A stretch of DNA of 64,000 bases, taken from positions 3,584,001 through 3,648,000 of the forward strand of contig CP166615.1 of assembly GCA_041937175.2 (NCBI GenBank). The letters run 5' to 3'. The stretch comes from Limnothrix sp. BL-A-16 (GTDB lineage Bacteria > Cyanobacteriota > Cyanobacteriia > CACIAM-69d). The position numbers were made by a program, and so were the translations under genes. Of the stretch, positions 40,712 to 51,600 are shown one piece after another. Within the stretch, counting starts at the first letter, position 1. Each line of letters opens with the position of its first letter. The notes below the pieces were generated by a model. That model was not told where the DNA came from and ran no database searches. It was given only the letters and a program-made list of their open reading frames with translations.

Positions 40712-41878
40712 ATGCTCAAAACAATTCTTGGTCATAGCGATGATCCTGACTCCCAAGATGCTATTGAAGAAGTGCTAGAACAATGTACCCGTGAATTAGC
40801 GGGAATGCTGCCCAAGGCAGGACTATTATTTGCGGCTATTGATTTTGATCATGCCTTAATTTTACAAAAAATCAATCAGACTTTTCCGAATTTGCAACTC
40901 ATTGGTTGCACCACTGATGGAGAGATCTCTTCGATTTTAGGGTTTCAACAAGACTCGCTGACCCTAACGTTGTTTTGCTCAGACACCGTGGAAATTTATG
41001 CGGGTGTGGGTCGCCAAACCGAACAGGACGCGATCGCCGCTGCTCGCCAGGCCGTGCAGCAAGCCACCGAAAAAAGCCTAACCCCCGCAAAGCTCTGCAT
41101 CACAGTTCCAGCCAGTTATACGGCCGATGGTTCAACAACCAGCGGCGAGCAAATTCTGAAAGGATTGGAGCTGGCTTTAGGGAAAAATGTCCCCGTTGTG
41201 GGTGGCACCGCAGGCGATCAATTTCGATTCAAAAAAACCTATCAATTTTTTGGAACAGAAGTTTTCACCGATGCTCTGCCGGTTCTGATTTTTGCTGGAG
41301 ATTTGCGCTTTTCCCATGGCACGGGCTGCGGTTGGCAGCCCATTGGCTCCAAGAGCACAGTCACCAAATCTCACAACACAGTTTTGTATGAAATTGATGG
41401 TCAATCGGCACTGAAGTTTTATCAAAAATACTTGGGCGATCGCTCTCCTACCGCAGAGCATCCTCTCTATGTTTATGAAGGAGATAGCGATCGCTGCTAT
41501 CTACGAGTCCCCAACACCTGCGACCTAGAAACCGGCAGCATTAATTTTTTGGGAAATATTCCCCAAGGCGCAACTGTGCAACTGGCTGAAATTAGCCGAG
41601 ATCAAGTGATTGCTGCCTCTGAAACTTCTTTCAAAATGGCTCTAGACAATTATCCTGGAACAGAGCCAGAGGCAGTGTTGCTTTTCTCTTGTTGTTGTCG
41701 TCGTTGGTTGTTGGGAACCCGAGCCAAGGAAGAATATGATTTAGTCAAAAATGCGCTACCTAAAATTATGCCGATCGCGGGCTTTTATACCTATGGCGAA
41801 TTTGCACCGCTTCAACAACAGGGTTCTAATTACTATCACCAAGAAACTTTCATTACCTTGCTTTTAGGCACAGCATAA
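40712..41878 (+). CDS. FIST (NosP-like) signal transduction protein
   Basis: IGCTTDGEI, GGTAGD, GWQPIG, YEIDG, FSCCCR, GFYTYGE. Confidence 0.92.
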   Translation: MLKTILGHSDDPDSQDAIEEVLEQCTRELAGMLPKAGLLFAAIDFDHALILQKINQTFPNLQLIGCTTDGEISSILGFQQDSLTLTLFCSDTVEIYAGVGRQTEQDAIAAARQAVQQATEKSLTPAKLCITVPASYTADGSTTSGEQILKGLELALGKNVPVVGGTAGDQFRFKKTYQFFGTEVFTDALPVLIFAGDLRFSHGTGCGWQPIGSKSTVTKSHNTVLYEIDGQSALKFYQKYLGDRSPTAEHPLYVYEGDSDRCYLRVPNTCDLETGSINFLGNIPQGATVQLAEISRDQVIAASETSFKMALDNYPGTEPEAVLLFSCCCRRWLLGTRAKEEYDLVKNALPKIMPIAGFYTYGEFAPLQQQGSNYYHQETFITLLLGTA

Positions 41879-41885
41879 AAGTCCC

Positions 41886-42965
41886 ATGGAAGCCAATGCT
41901 GATCAGCAAAAGCTACGAGAGTTAGAGAAGCAGGTACGAGTTCTCACGAAAAAATTAGAGCGTTCAGAGGCCGATCGGCGACAACTGGAAGATACAAGCG
42001 AAGAAAGAGAACGTATCCTTAAAGGTGTTATTCGAGATTTTGAACTAGCCCAAGCCAATCTAGAGCATCGCACTCGCGAACTAGAGGTGGCGCTGAGGGA
42101 TCTCAAGCAGTTACAAGTCAAACTAATTGAGTCTGAGAAAATGTCAGCCTTGGGTGTGCTGGTGGCTGGTGTTGCCCATGAAATCAACAATCCCATTAAC
42201 TTCATCCATGGCAATTTAACCTATATCAAAACTTACACTCAGAACCTATTAAAGCTTGTTACTGCCTATCAAAAATATGTTTCTAGCCCTATTCAGGAAT
42301 TACAAGATTTGAGGGAAGACATTGATCTTGACTTCCTGCAAGATGACATGATTAACATTCTCAGATCAATGCAAACCGGGAGTGAGCGAATTCAAAAAAT
42401 TGTGCTCTCGTTACGTAACTTCTCACGGTTAGATGAATCCAAGTTCAAAGCAGTTGATATCCACGCAGGAATGGATAATACTCTGATGATTTTGCAGCAT
42501 CGGCTTCAGGCAACTGCAACTCGTCCGGCAATTCAAGTTAGAAAACAATATGGCAACTTACCCTTAGTGGAGTGCTATGCCGGATCGCTCAATCAAGTAT
42601 TTATGAATCTGCTGAATAATGCTATTGATGCGATTGAAGAATCCAATCAAGTCTGTACTGATCAAGAAATGCAGCATAGTTCTCATGCAATTTGGTTGCG
42701 CACGGAAGTTAATGATCAAGATCAAATTAAAATTACGATCGCTGATAATGGTCAAGGAATTCCTGAAGAGGTGCGATCGCGTATTTTTGACCCCTTCTTT
42801 ACAACGAAACCCGTCGGTAAGGGTACAGGTTTGGGACTTTCCATTAGCTATCAAATTATTACTGAAAAACATAAGGGTAAACTCTACTGTCATTCAACAA
42901 GAGGAGCAGGCACGGAGTTTATGATTGAAATTCCAGTGCGGCAACAGTCCCCAACCTCTCGATGA
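41886..42965 (+). CDS. Soluble histidine kinase
   Basis: AHEINNP H-box, NAIDA, DNGQGI, FFTTK, GTGLGL. Confidence 0.95.
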   Translation: MEANADQQKLRELEKQVRVLTKKLERSEADRRQLEDTSEERERILKGVIRDFELAQANLEHRTRELEVALRDLKQLQVKLIESEKMSALGVLVAGVAHEINNPINFIHGNLTYIKTYTQNLLKLVTAYQKYVSSPIQELQDLREDIDLDFLQDDMINILRSMQTGSERIQKIVLSLRNFSRLDESKFKAVDIHAGMDNTLMILQHRLQATATRPAIQVRKQYGNLPLVECYAGSLNQVFMNLLNNAIDAIEESNQVCTDQEMQHSSHAIWLRTEVNDQDQIKITIADNGQGIPEEVRSRIFDPFFTTKPVGKGTGLGLSISYQIITEKHKGKLYCHSTRGAGTEFMIEIPVRQQSPTSR

Positions 42966-43010
42966 TGCAATAGCGCTGTATAGAAGCCAAGACAACTGAG
43001 GTGATGATTA

Positions 43011-43349
43011 ATGACTACACGGCAACTCGACCCTAAACTGCAATCTCGATTAGGCATTACCCCAAAGCAGCTTGCTGACTTTTGCCAACGATGGAAAGTT
43101 GTTGAACTCGCGCTCTTTGGCTCGGTTCTCAGAGATGATTTTTCCGTGAATAGCGATGTGGATTTTTTGGTCAAATTTAGCCCTCATCATTCTTGGGGTT
43201 TAGAATTTATTCAAATGCGAGAAGAATTGGCAGTGCTCTTGCAACGCCCAGTGGATTTATTGACTCATCAAAGCGTTATGAATAGTCATAATACCCTCCG
43301 TCGTCAGGCTATTTTAGATTCGGCAGAGGTCATTTATGCAGCGAGATAA
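43011..43349 (+). CDS. MNT antitoxin (nucleotidyltransferase)
   Basis: LFGSVLRDDF...SDVDFLV. Confidence 0.92.
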   Translation: MTTRQLDPKLQSRLGITPKQLADFCQRWKVVELALFGSVLRDDFSVNSDVDFLVKFSPHHSWGLEFIQMREELAVLLQRPVDLLTHQSVMNSHNTLRRQAILDSAEVIYAAR

Positions 43350-43677
43350 GCAGACATTAATAGATATTTCTACAGCGATTCAGCAAGCATTGCTGTATTC
43401 TCAAGGGATTGATCAAGATAGTTTGAAGCAAGATGACGAGAAGCAAGCTGCTATTTTATATCGACTCATTATCATTGGAGAAGCGACTAAACGTCTATCT
43501 AATGAATTTCGTGATCAATATCCAATGATTCCTTGGCGGCAAATGGCTGGCTTGAGAGATGTTGTGATCCATGATTACGATGAATTAGACTTTGATATTC
43601 TCTGGAACGTAGTTCACCTCAACTTGCCTGATATGCTGCCCAAAATTCAAGCAATTCTAGAAAGTTATGACAGCTAG
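43336..43677 (+). CDS. HepT-like (DUF86) HEPN RNase toxin
   Basis: IIGEA, IPWRQMAGLRDVVIHDY (RxxxxH). Confidence 0.92.
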   Translation: MQRDKQTLIDISTAIQQALLYSQGIDQDSLKQDDEKQAAILYRLIIIGEATKRLSNEFRDQYPMIPWRQMAGLRDVVIHDYDELDFDILWNVVHLNLPDMLPKIQAILESYDS

Positions 43678-44011
43678 GGCGATCGCGCTACCTATCGAAC
43701 TACCCATGGAGAAGGTCACTGAGTTTTGTCACAAGTGGCAAGTAACAGAGTTTGCCCTTTTCGGCTCTGTCCTTCGCGACGATTTTCGCCCCGACAGCGA
43801 CATCGATATTATGGTGGAGTTTGATCCAGCGGCCTGCCCCACTTTCAGCACCTTAGACCGTATGGAAGCGGAGCTGAACATTATTTTTGGTCGCGATATT
43901 GATCTAATTACCCGCCAAGGGATTGCCAGCAGTCGAAACTATCTACGCCGCCACGAAATCCTGTCTTCTGCCCAGGTGATTTATGCCACGGGATCTTCAA
44001 TTCCTGCTTGA
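43667..44011 (+). CDS. MNT antitoxin (second copy)
   Basis: LFGSVLRDDFRPDSDIDIMV. Confidence 0.92.
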   Translation: MTARAIALPIELPMEKVTEFCHKWQVTEFALFGSVLRDDFRPDSDIDIMVEFDPAACPTFSTLDRMEAELNIIFGRDIDLITRQGIASSRNYLRRHEILSSAQVIYATGSSIPA

Positions 44012-44306
44012 CATGTTGCAATCCGCAGAGCTGATCTTGACCTACACTGCTCAATGCTCGAAGGATGAATTTATTGCAAATGTACAACTGCAAGATTCAG
44101 TGATTCGGCGGCTATTGGTGATTGCTGAGGCTGCAAGACGGATTTCCAAAAATACTTGGCAGTCGTTACCGAATATCTCTTGGCAAGAAATTCATGGAAT
44201 GCGAAATTGGTTAGTGCATGACAGCGATCAATCTGCATTATCTCCTGATCGTGACCTCGTCTTGCTCAAGATAGCAGCTAGTGATCGCAGTACAAAACCC
44301 TACTGA
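43983..44306 (+). CDS. HepT-like (DUF86) toxin with an atypical C-terminus, possibly disrupted
   Basis: IAEAA...WQEIHGMRNWLVHD, then loses the usual Y...W helix. Confidence 0.7.
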   Translation: MPRDLQFLLDMLQSAELILTYTAQCSKDEFIANVQLQDSVIRRLLVIAEAARRISKNTWQSLPNISWQEIHGMRNWLVHDSDQSALSPDRDLVLLKIAASDRSTKPY

Positions 44307-44415
44307 GAGAAGTTATCTTACTATTTATGGTTTCATGCACAAACATGTGCATAATCATACCAAACAAGTAATTATCATAAGAATGATTGATTTTGTCTTT
44401 CTGAAGTTGTTAGGC

Positions 44416-44970
44416 TCACCGTATTGATTTTTCCCACCAACCTAACAAAGGATGATTCCTGTGTGGTTTGTATCTTCCTTTAGCTCGTATAGACTTAAGC
44501 ACAGCACATAATTCATCCAGACTAAGATTGTCTTTGTCTGACCAAGCTTTAATTATTTCTAAAGTTGATAGAACTTGTAAATGATTCGCTTCCTTTTGAG
44601 AGAATGAAATTGCTTTTTTGTCATCAGTAGCAATTGCCCATCCTCGACTAATCGCAATGGCACAAGTTGCAGATTCTCCATCATCACCTAGCTCAAAAGT
44701 GTAGTTTACAAATGCCTCTTCCTCAGACTCCGACTCAAAATCTACTACTGAAAGAAGTCCCTGTGCGATAGCTGTTTCAAACTGAACTGCACCTTCATTA
44801 TTCTCATTTGTAAGGCGTTGAAGAGTTATAAGTTCCTTGTTTTTCACAACTTCAGTAACTACAACTTGAGCAGGTATAGATTTCAAAATTTCAATGAAAT
44901 ACTCCGAAGCGCAAAAGTTCAGGATGCAACAAGCGTCAAGAACTATATGGGAGTGTCTAATTTGCATCAT
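44416..44970 (-). CDS. PIN-like domain protein
   Basis: IVLDAC, KEL, LGDDGESATCAIA, ATDDKKA acidic PIN residues; AGGGAG RBS. Confidence 0.75.
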   Translation of the reverse strand: MMQIRHSHIVLDACCILNFCASEYFIEILKSIPAQVVVTEVVKNKELITLQRLTNENNEGAVQFETAIAQGLLSVVDFESESEEEAFVNYTFELGDDGESATCAIAISRGWAIATDDKKAISFSQKEANHLQVLSTLEIIKAWSDKDNLSLDELCAVLKSIRAKGRYKPHRNHPLLGWWEKSIR

Positions 44971-44986
44971 CAATCTCCCTACTTTT

Positions 44987-46180
44987 CTACGCTTGACACA
45001 AGTCCAAGTGAGCAGTCCCCTCCGTAATTTCACTTGAATGCTCACGCAGTTCCTCTGCAATACGTCGAGCATCCAAACGGTCAACATTTAGAAGGTCTGC
45101 AAATCGTCCTTCAGTTATAAGCCCCTGATCTAACGCATCAATAGCAAGATGTTGATAGTGAACAGGGACAGTGTCAGTGCGCTGTGGAATACTTTCTAGA
45201 CCTAGCTCTTGCTGTACTTCTCTCACTTTTAAACCTCGATTTTTTAATCGGTCTCCAGTTCCCGAGGGAATAAGTCTAATACTTTCTAGACGATTAATCA
45301 AAGCCTCAATAGAGACTCCATAATAGTGAGCCAGTGTAAATAAGTTGGTAGGAGTAAACTTGCCATGCGCCTGGTACATATCATTAAAGCGCTTTAACAA
45401 GCCACTAGTTGGCATTAGAAAATAGTTGGGAAAGGCATCTCCCAAGCGCTCACTCTCTGGCTTTCTTTGATATTTTTCCTGGTAGTCAATAACTGGTTTT
45501 CTTCGATGTGCAAGAAAATGCAAATATTCATGAGCTAAAGACCACCGTCGCCGCTCTTCTGGGTGGTTGGAGTTAATGGCTATACACCCACCTAGCTTCT
45601 CGTCATAACTATAAAATCCTGAGTATTTAGACGGCATCTTCAAATAGAAAATGCGGAGTCCTACACTTTGCTCTAAAATATCTCTAAGAAGTGGAACTGG
45701 GCCATCGCCCAATCCCATCCTTTGGCGTTCAGCGATTGCAATACTTTCTGCTGCAGCCTCTATGGGCATCCTGGTCACATCATACTCTTGAGGGTAGTTT
45801 CGAGGAAGCGGAGCATCCACAATCTTCTCAAGCTCTAGATAATTGCGACATAGCTCCTCCAAGCGCTGAATAATTGGGGCAATTTGTACCTCTTCTTGTT
45901 CACTACGTTGATAAGCAGCACGAAACTGAACACTGAGAGGCTCAATGACAGGGCTAGGGCGAACAAAATCACTAATAGGTCGTCCGTAAGCACGAGCTAA
46001 TTTAATCAACTCATTTGGCTTTAGGCGACGTTCTCCTTTCTCAATTGCAACAATGGTAGTACGTGCAGCCTCAATAACCTTGGCCGCATCCGCCTGAGTC
46101 ATTCCACATTTCTTACGTGCTTGTTGCAGCAGCTCTCCTAGCTGACGCAAATCAATATTACCTAGAATATTAGTAGCCAT
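44987..46180 (-). CDS. XRE-family HTH fused to an ImmA/IrrE (DUF955) zinc metallopeptidase
   Basis: N-terminal Cro/C1 HTH; RRWSLAHEYLH (HExxH); E...FLMP; GGAGGAG RBS. Confidence 0.9.
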   Translation of the reverse strand: MATNILGNIDLRQLGELLQQARKKCGMTQADAAKVIEAARTTIVAIEKGERRLKPNELIKLARAYGRPISDFVRPSPVIEPLSVQFRAAYQRSEQEEVQIAPIIQRLEELCRNYLELEKIVDAPLPRNYPQEYDVTRMPIEAAAESIAIAERQRMGLGDGPVPLLRDILEQSVGLRIFYLKMPSKYSGFYSYDEKLGGCIAINSNHPEERRRWSLAHEYLHFLAHRRKPVIDYQEKYQRKPESERLGDAFPNYFLMPTSGLLKRFNDMYQAHGKFTPTNLFTLAHYYGVSIEALINRLESIRLIPSGTGDRLKNRGLKVREVQQELGLESIPQRTDTVPVHYQHLAIDALDQGLITEGRFADLLNVDRLDARRIAEELREHSSEITEGTAHLDLCQA

Positions 46181-46224
46181 AGCGTTTTCTCCTCCAGCCT
46201 TATTAAACAATGACCAGATGATTA

Positions 46225-47628
46225 TTAAAATGGCTGCTGATCATTTACTTCATTCAAGAGCAACGAGATACGGGATTCTACAACATTCCATTCGGTAACA
46301 TAAGATTGATAGAGACGAATCAAATTTTTCCGCATGTCGCTATGTAGTAGGACTTCTATCATAGCCATTCGATCCACAATGTCATCTAAATCTGGAAATC
46401 TTCGGGTTAAAGATTTCCATTGAAGATTAAAGTTATCTGAGACACTTAATAAATCTCTGAGAGTAGAAACTTGTGCCAGCATATGTTGAAAATATGAGCT
46501 AGTATCGCCTGCTGGCTTCTTGACATGGGGAACGATATATTGAGTTTTATCTTCTATTCGTGAGGCAGCAAGCGCCTGCCTTCTTAAGATACAAGAAGAA
46601 CAATACCCGCACTGGATGGGTTGCCGTCGATGTGGACTATCGCATGACATCGTTAGCTGCGGCAGGTCGTCCCTTTTATCTTCAGCCAAGGGTATGCACA
46701 TTTCAGCTTTAGTCTGGAAAAGGAAAGGGTTTTGTATTTTGAACTTCTCTCCTAAAAGCTCTGAAATAACGTCACTGACTCTTGACAAGGTTAATGGATG
46801 AACTGATCGAGAATGATCAAGTCCTATGGCAGACTTTCGGTATGGAAGATTGATTGCACCAACACCATTTTCATACAGGTAAAGAATTCGCTGCCCCATT
46901 AAGTATGCACAGGCTGCTCCTAGTAACATAAATACAATGCCTCGTGCGCGCGAAATTTTGCTCTTTCGATGCAAACTACTATCAGAGAAGCGAATTGGAA
47001 CCCGACATAAGTTCAAGCGGCTAGGGAAAGAGAATTGTAGTTCATGGAATACTTGTTTCTGACGAGCAAGGGTACTTTCATTACCACCTGTTCCAAACAG
47101 CATGAACGATGCTTCATTACTGGCTTTAAGTCGGCTGTAAAGACCAGCAAGCGCATCAAGTCCCCCACTCCATAGTGCTACCTCTTCTACATGAGAATTT
47201 GGTGATAATAGAAGGGGTTGACACTCAACAACGCGCCCTGAGTCAAGCCTCTTACAAAAATCGAATACCCATCGACTTCCAGTAGCCCATTCAAGTAGGC
47301 CAGAAAGTTTATCTTGAAAGGAGTTGGTATTCAATAATTCTGGGTGGCGTACTGGGAGACACACACAAATATAGGTCTGTTCTTGTCGGAGGTTTTGAAT
47401 AGTCAGACGATCAGTGGCATGAATAGCGACAGCAAGATCAATAATATCGGCAATGATTGATGGAAATCCTTGTTGTACCCGACACCTAAACTCTCTATCA
47501 TCTATAGTAATTCCTACGTTGCTTTCCTTCCCTTTGGAACGGTTAATGCAACGAACATTCCCATTACTATTCACGATGGGATCAAAAATCAAGGTATAAT
47601 TTTTGCTATACATATCATGCTCATCCAT
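46225..47628 (-). CDS. QueC-like (QatC-type) PP-loop ATPase
   Basis: WSGGLDA PP-loop, YENG...INLP, SRSVHP, NPF..TKAEM, SC-x10-CGYCSSC zinc site. Confidence 0.85.
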   Translation of the reverse strand: MDEHDMYSKNYTLIFDPIVNSNGNVRCINRSKGKESNVGITIDDREFRCRVQQGFPSIIADIIDLAVAIHATDRLTIQNLRQEQTYICVCLPVRHPELLNTNSFQDKLSGLLEWATGSRWVFDFCKRLDSGRVVECQPLLLSPNSHVEEVALWSGGLDALAGLYSRLKASNEASFMLFGTGGNESTLARQKQVFHELQFSFPSRLNLCRVPIRFSDSSLHRKSKISRARGIVFMLLGAACAYLMGQRILYLYENGVGAINLPYRKSAIGLDHSRSVHPLTLSRVSDVISELLGEKFKIQNPFLFQTKAEMCIPLAEDKRDDLPQLTMSCDSPHRRQPIQCGYCSSCILRRQALAASRIEDKTQYIVPHVKKPAGDTSSYFQHMLAQVSTLRDLLSVSDNFNLQWKSLTRRFPDLDDIVDRMAMIEVLLHSDMRKNLIRLYQSYVTEWNVVESRISLLLNEVNDQQPF

Positions 47629-47633
47629 AGCAT

Positions 47634-48266
47634 TTAACCTGCCAAGAGATTCTCGTCTAAATCTATCCTTTTATGTGAAAAACGCCTAGGTAGAGACAAG
47701 TTGGCTATACTTTGTTTGTTAATCGCATCTTTAGAAAATTTACTAATGCCATCCCTCAATTTTGGCTCTATTTCCTTAATACGCTCTGAAAGAGTTACTT
47801 GATCAATGCCCGCGTGGTGCTCGAAAGTAAGTGGAATGCACTCCTTAAATTCTGATTCATATACTTCATTTATATAGCGAAAAACTAGTGAAAATGAAAG
47901 GTTATCAATATCCATTTTTTGACCGTATCTCAGATCACAAATAACACTCTTGCCTGCACGAAGGGCAAGCTCCTTAAGATCCGGTCTTCCGTCAGATTGT
48001 TGCACCAACTTATCAAAATTCATACTCAAATCAGCATAGTCTCTTGACCCAAGTTCGTTGCTTGAAGTAAGAGCTTGATCAAGCATGTCTGCCATACTTT
48101 GACAAAGCCTGATAGGAAGATCACCTTTTTGAATTAAGTCTCTTTTAAGAGACTCCAGTAAAGCCCGAGAGCATTCATCGCTAGTTGCATTTCCCTCGCA
48201 AAGCCATTTGTATGGCCGCTGGTAAAGCGTTCTGAGCCGGTTATGAACAATATCTCCATCGGGCAT
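47634..48266 (-). CDS. Hypothetical protein, first gene of the QueC-like operon
   Basis: 210-aa ORF ending 5 nt before the QueC-like start; no recognised motif. Confidence 0.75.
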   Translation of the reverse strand: MPDGDIVHNRLRTLYQRPYKWLCEGNATSDECSRALLESLKRDLIQKGDLPIRLCQSMADMLDQALTSSNELGSRDYADLSMNFDKLVQQSDGRPDLKELALRAGKSVICDLRYGQKMDIDNLSFSLVFRYINEVYESEFKECIPLTFEHHAGIDQVTLSERIKEIEPKLRDGISKFSKDAINKQSIANLSLPRRFSHKRIDLDENLLAG

Positions 48267-48304
48267 AGCAGAACCTTTGTTGGTTAGAGTTTGTTTCCAA
48301 TATC

Positions 48305-48367
48305 AAGGTAGCTCGTGTTTCTGACATTGTCAATTGCTAGCATTGATTTTTAGAAAAAATGTCAGAA
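48305..48367 (-). promoter_or_regulatory. Sigma70-type promoter with overlapping palindromic operator candidates
   Basis: TTGACA-N17-TACCTT; TGACA-T-TGTCA palindrome over the -35; TTCTGACATT...AATGTCAGAA inverted repeat. Confidence 0.6.
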
Positions 48368-48634
48368 CTGGGGAGCGTGCAGGGGTCAAAATGGTTTTTG
48401 CGAGAAAAGCCAACTTTAAAATCACTTTTTGGGAAATTTTCATATTCTCACTTGAAGAACAATATGCATAACATATACACTTGGCTCCTGAAAGGCAGTT
48501 TGTTATACGATTGGGGCGGACTGCGGCAGGTGATAGACATTGCTAGATGGCAAAGCGTGGGCTACTGCCGTTAGAAGCTTTTGTCTCTTTTAGGAGACAG
48601 TCCTATCTAGACCCGTTGCTCAATTATTCGACAC

Positions 48635-48663
48635 AAAAGGGGCTGAGCAAATGCTCAGCCCCT
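48635..48663 (-). terminator. Rho-independent terminator of metH
   Basis: AGGGGCTGAGCA/TGCTCAGCCCCT stem with a T-run on the minus strand. Confidence 0.8.
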
Positions 48664-48686
48664 GGTCATTTAGATAGGAATTGTGA

Positions 48687-51600
48687 CTACGCTGTGAAGT
48701 ACTTCGCGATCGGGTGGTAGGCAATAATCGCCGTCGTGGACTGCTCTGGATAGAGCTGCTCGCTCTCGTCCATATACATGTTGATTCGATCGGTTTGCAA
48801 CAACTGCAACTGAATCAACTGATCCTGAATATTCGGACAAGCCGGATAGCCAAAGCTATAGCGTGACCCCTGATAGCGTTGCGCCAAAATGTCCCGCAAA
48901 TTGTCCGGCTCCTGCGCACCAAACCCCAACTCCCGCCGGATGCGCGCGTGCGTCCATTCCGCCAGCCCTTCCGCCGTTTGCACCGCCATCCCGTGGAAGT
49001 ACAAATAATCGGAATATTGATTCGCCCCAAACAGCTTTTGGGCATATTCCGTGGCAACTTCGCCCACCGTCACCGCCTGCATTGGAAACACATCAAAGAT
49101 GCCCAACTCCTTCGGTGCAAAGAAATCGGCAATGCAAAGACGACGCAACGATCCTTGGCGCGGAAATTCCAATTGGGCGATCGGCTCTAGGTTGGTTTGC
49201 CCCGCGCTGACCGCTTCCGGATCGTAGATATAGAGCGTATTCCCCTCCGAATTGCAGGGAAAATAGCCATAGATCACTTGCGGTTGCAGCAGGTTTTCCG
49301 CGATCACTTTCGCCTTCCATTCCGCCAAAATCGGCCGCACTTTCGCATCAATAAAGGCATCATAATCGGCGCGCGATTGCTCCTTGGGTTTGCGGAATTG
49401 CCATTGCCCCACAAACAACGCTTGCAAGTCGAGATAGTTGAAAATTTCCTCGATCGCAATGTCCGCCGGGTTCAACAATTGGGTTCCCCAGAACGGCGGT
49501 TGGGGGCGATCGATATTCGGGTCAACCGCTTCCGATCGCCGCGTATCAATCACCTTCGGTTTCTCGGCCTTGGCGGGTTTCTCAGCCCCATCATCACCGT
49601 CGGTCTTAGCTTGGCCATAGCGCCCCAATGCCGCCGGATCATCGGCAAATTCCCCTAAAAAGCCCTCAGAATCGTCCCATTTTTCAGCGGCTTTCGCGGG
49701 CATCAACTTATCCATAAAGCTGAGATCCGAGAAGGCATCTTTGCCATAGATCACCCGACCGCGATAGGTCTTTTGGCAATCCTCATAGACAAATTTCGGC
49801 GTGAGGGCCGCACCGCCCAAAATCACAGGCACGGTGATGCCGCGATCGTTGAAGGTCTCCAGATTTTCCTTCATGAACGCCGTGGATTTCACCAACAAAC
49901 CGCTCATGGCAATGCAATCGGGTTTGTGTTGCTCATAGGCATCAATGATATTTTCCACAGGCTGTTTAATGCCCAGATTAATCACCCGATAGCCATTGTT
50001 GGTGAGGATAATATCCACCAGGTTTTTGCCAATGTCATGCACATCGCCCTTGACCGTAGCGATCACGAAAGTGCCCTTGGCGTTGTTGCTGGTTTCGGAT
50101 TTCTCCATGTGCGGCTCCAAAAAGGCCACCGCCGCTTTCATGGTTTCCGCCGACTGCAACACAAAGGGCAACTGCATTTGACCTGACGCAAACAATTCGC
50201 CCACCACCTTCATCCCATCTAACAGATAGGTGTTGATGATTTCCAGCGGGGGATATTGGGTCATGGCCTGCTGCAAGATTGTTTCGAGGCCCAGCCGTTC
50301 GCCGTCGATAATGTGGCGTTTGAGCTTCTCTTCCAAGGAGAGATTTTCATCCACGCCCGCCGCTTTTTTGGTAGTGGCTCCTTCAAAGAGCTGCGTCAGT
50401 TCAGTTAGGGGATCATAAACACAAACATCCCCCTCAAACCGGCGACGATCGAAGATCAAATCCCGGCAGACTTCCTGATGTGCTGGCTCAATTTTAGCCA
50501 GGGGCAAAATCTTGGCGGCACTGACGATCGAGGAGTCCATTCCCACTTGCATACATTCATGCAGGAACATGGAGTTCAACACCTGCCGCGCCGCCGGATT
50601 CAGACCAAAGGAGATATTGGAAACGCCGAGCAAAATGTGGCAGCCGGGTAGGTTTTCCCGAATCAGTCGAATCGATTCGATCGTGGCGGCTCCGTTTTTG
50701 CGGTCTTCTTCAATCCCGGTGGAAATCGGCAGAGCCAGGGTATCGAAGAAGATTTCATGGGCAGGAATCCCAAACTCCACCGCCTGCCGATAGGCCCGCT
50801 GGGCGATCGCGAATTTCTTCTCGGCGGTGCGGGCCATGCCGTCTTCATCGATCGTCCCGATCACCACCCCAGCGCCGTAGGTTTTCGCCAGTTCCAGCAC
50901 TTTCAAAAAGCGCTCTTCACCATCTTCATAGTTGGTGGAATTTAGCAAACATTTGCCGCCGGCCACTTTCAAACCGGCTTCCATTTTTTGCCATTCCGTG
51001 GAGTCCAACATCAACGGCAAAGTGACATTATTCACCAGCCGCGACACCAGCTCCCGCATATCCCGCTCGCCATCGCGGCCCACATAGTCCACGTTCACAT
51101 CGAGCACATGAGCGCCTTCCCGCACTTGGGCTTTGGCTAGGGAAACCAGCCCATCCCAATCTTCAGCATTCAGCAATTCTCGACATTTTTTGGAACCGCT
51201 GGCGTTCAGGCGCTCACCTACAATCAGGAAGGAATTATCTTGCTGATAAAGCTGGGTTCCATAGATCGAAGCGGCGGCGGGTTCGTAATGCAATGGGTTG
51301 CGATCGAACCGGCCCGGCTCCAGGTTTTCGGGAACGCGAATATCACGGGCTTTTGGTTGTAGAGACTCGGAAATACCGACCAATTCCTTGATGTGATCGG
51401 GGCGCGTCCCGCAGCAGCCGCCCACCACTTGCACGCCCCAATCTTCCACGAATTTATGCATCGCCATCCGCAGTTCCATCGGCGTTAGGCGATAGTGGGC
51501 ATGGCCGCCGACGTTTTCGGGCAGACCCGCGTTGGGAATGCAGGAGACCACAAAGGGCGATCGCTCGCAAAGGTAGCGAATATGTTCCGCCATTCGATCG

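Noticed and set aside
46225..47628. Housekeeping queC partnering queF
   Set aside because: Far longer than canonical QueC, has QatC-type motifs, and lies in a foreign island without queD/queE
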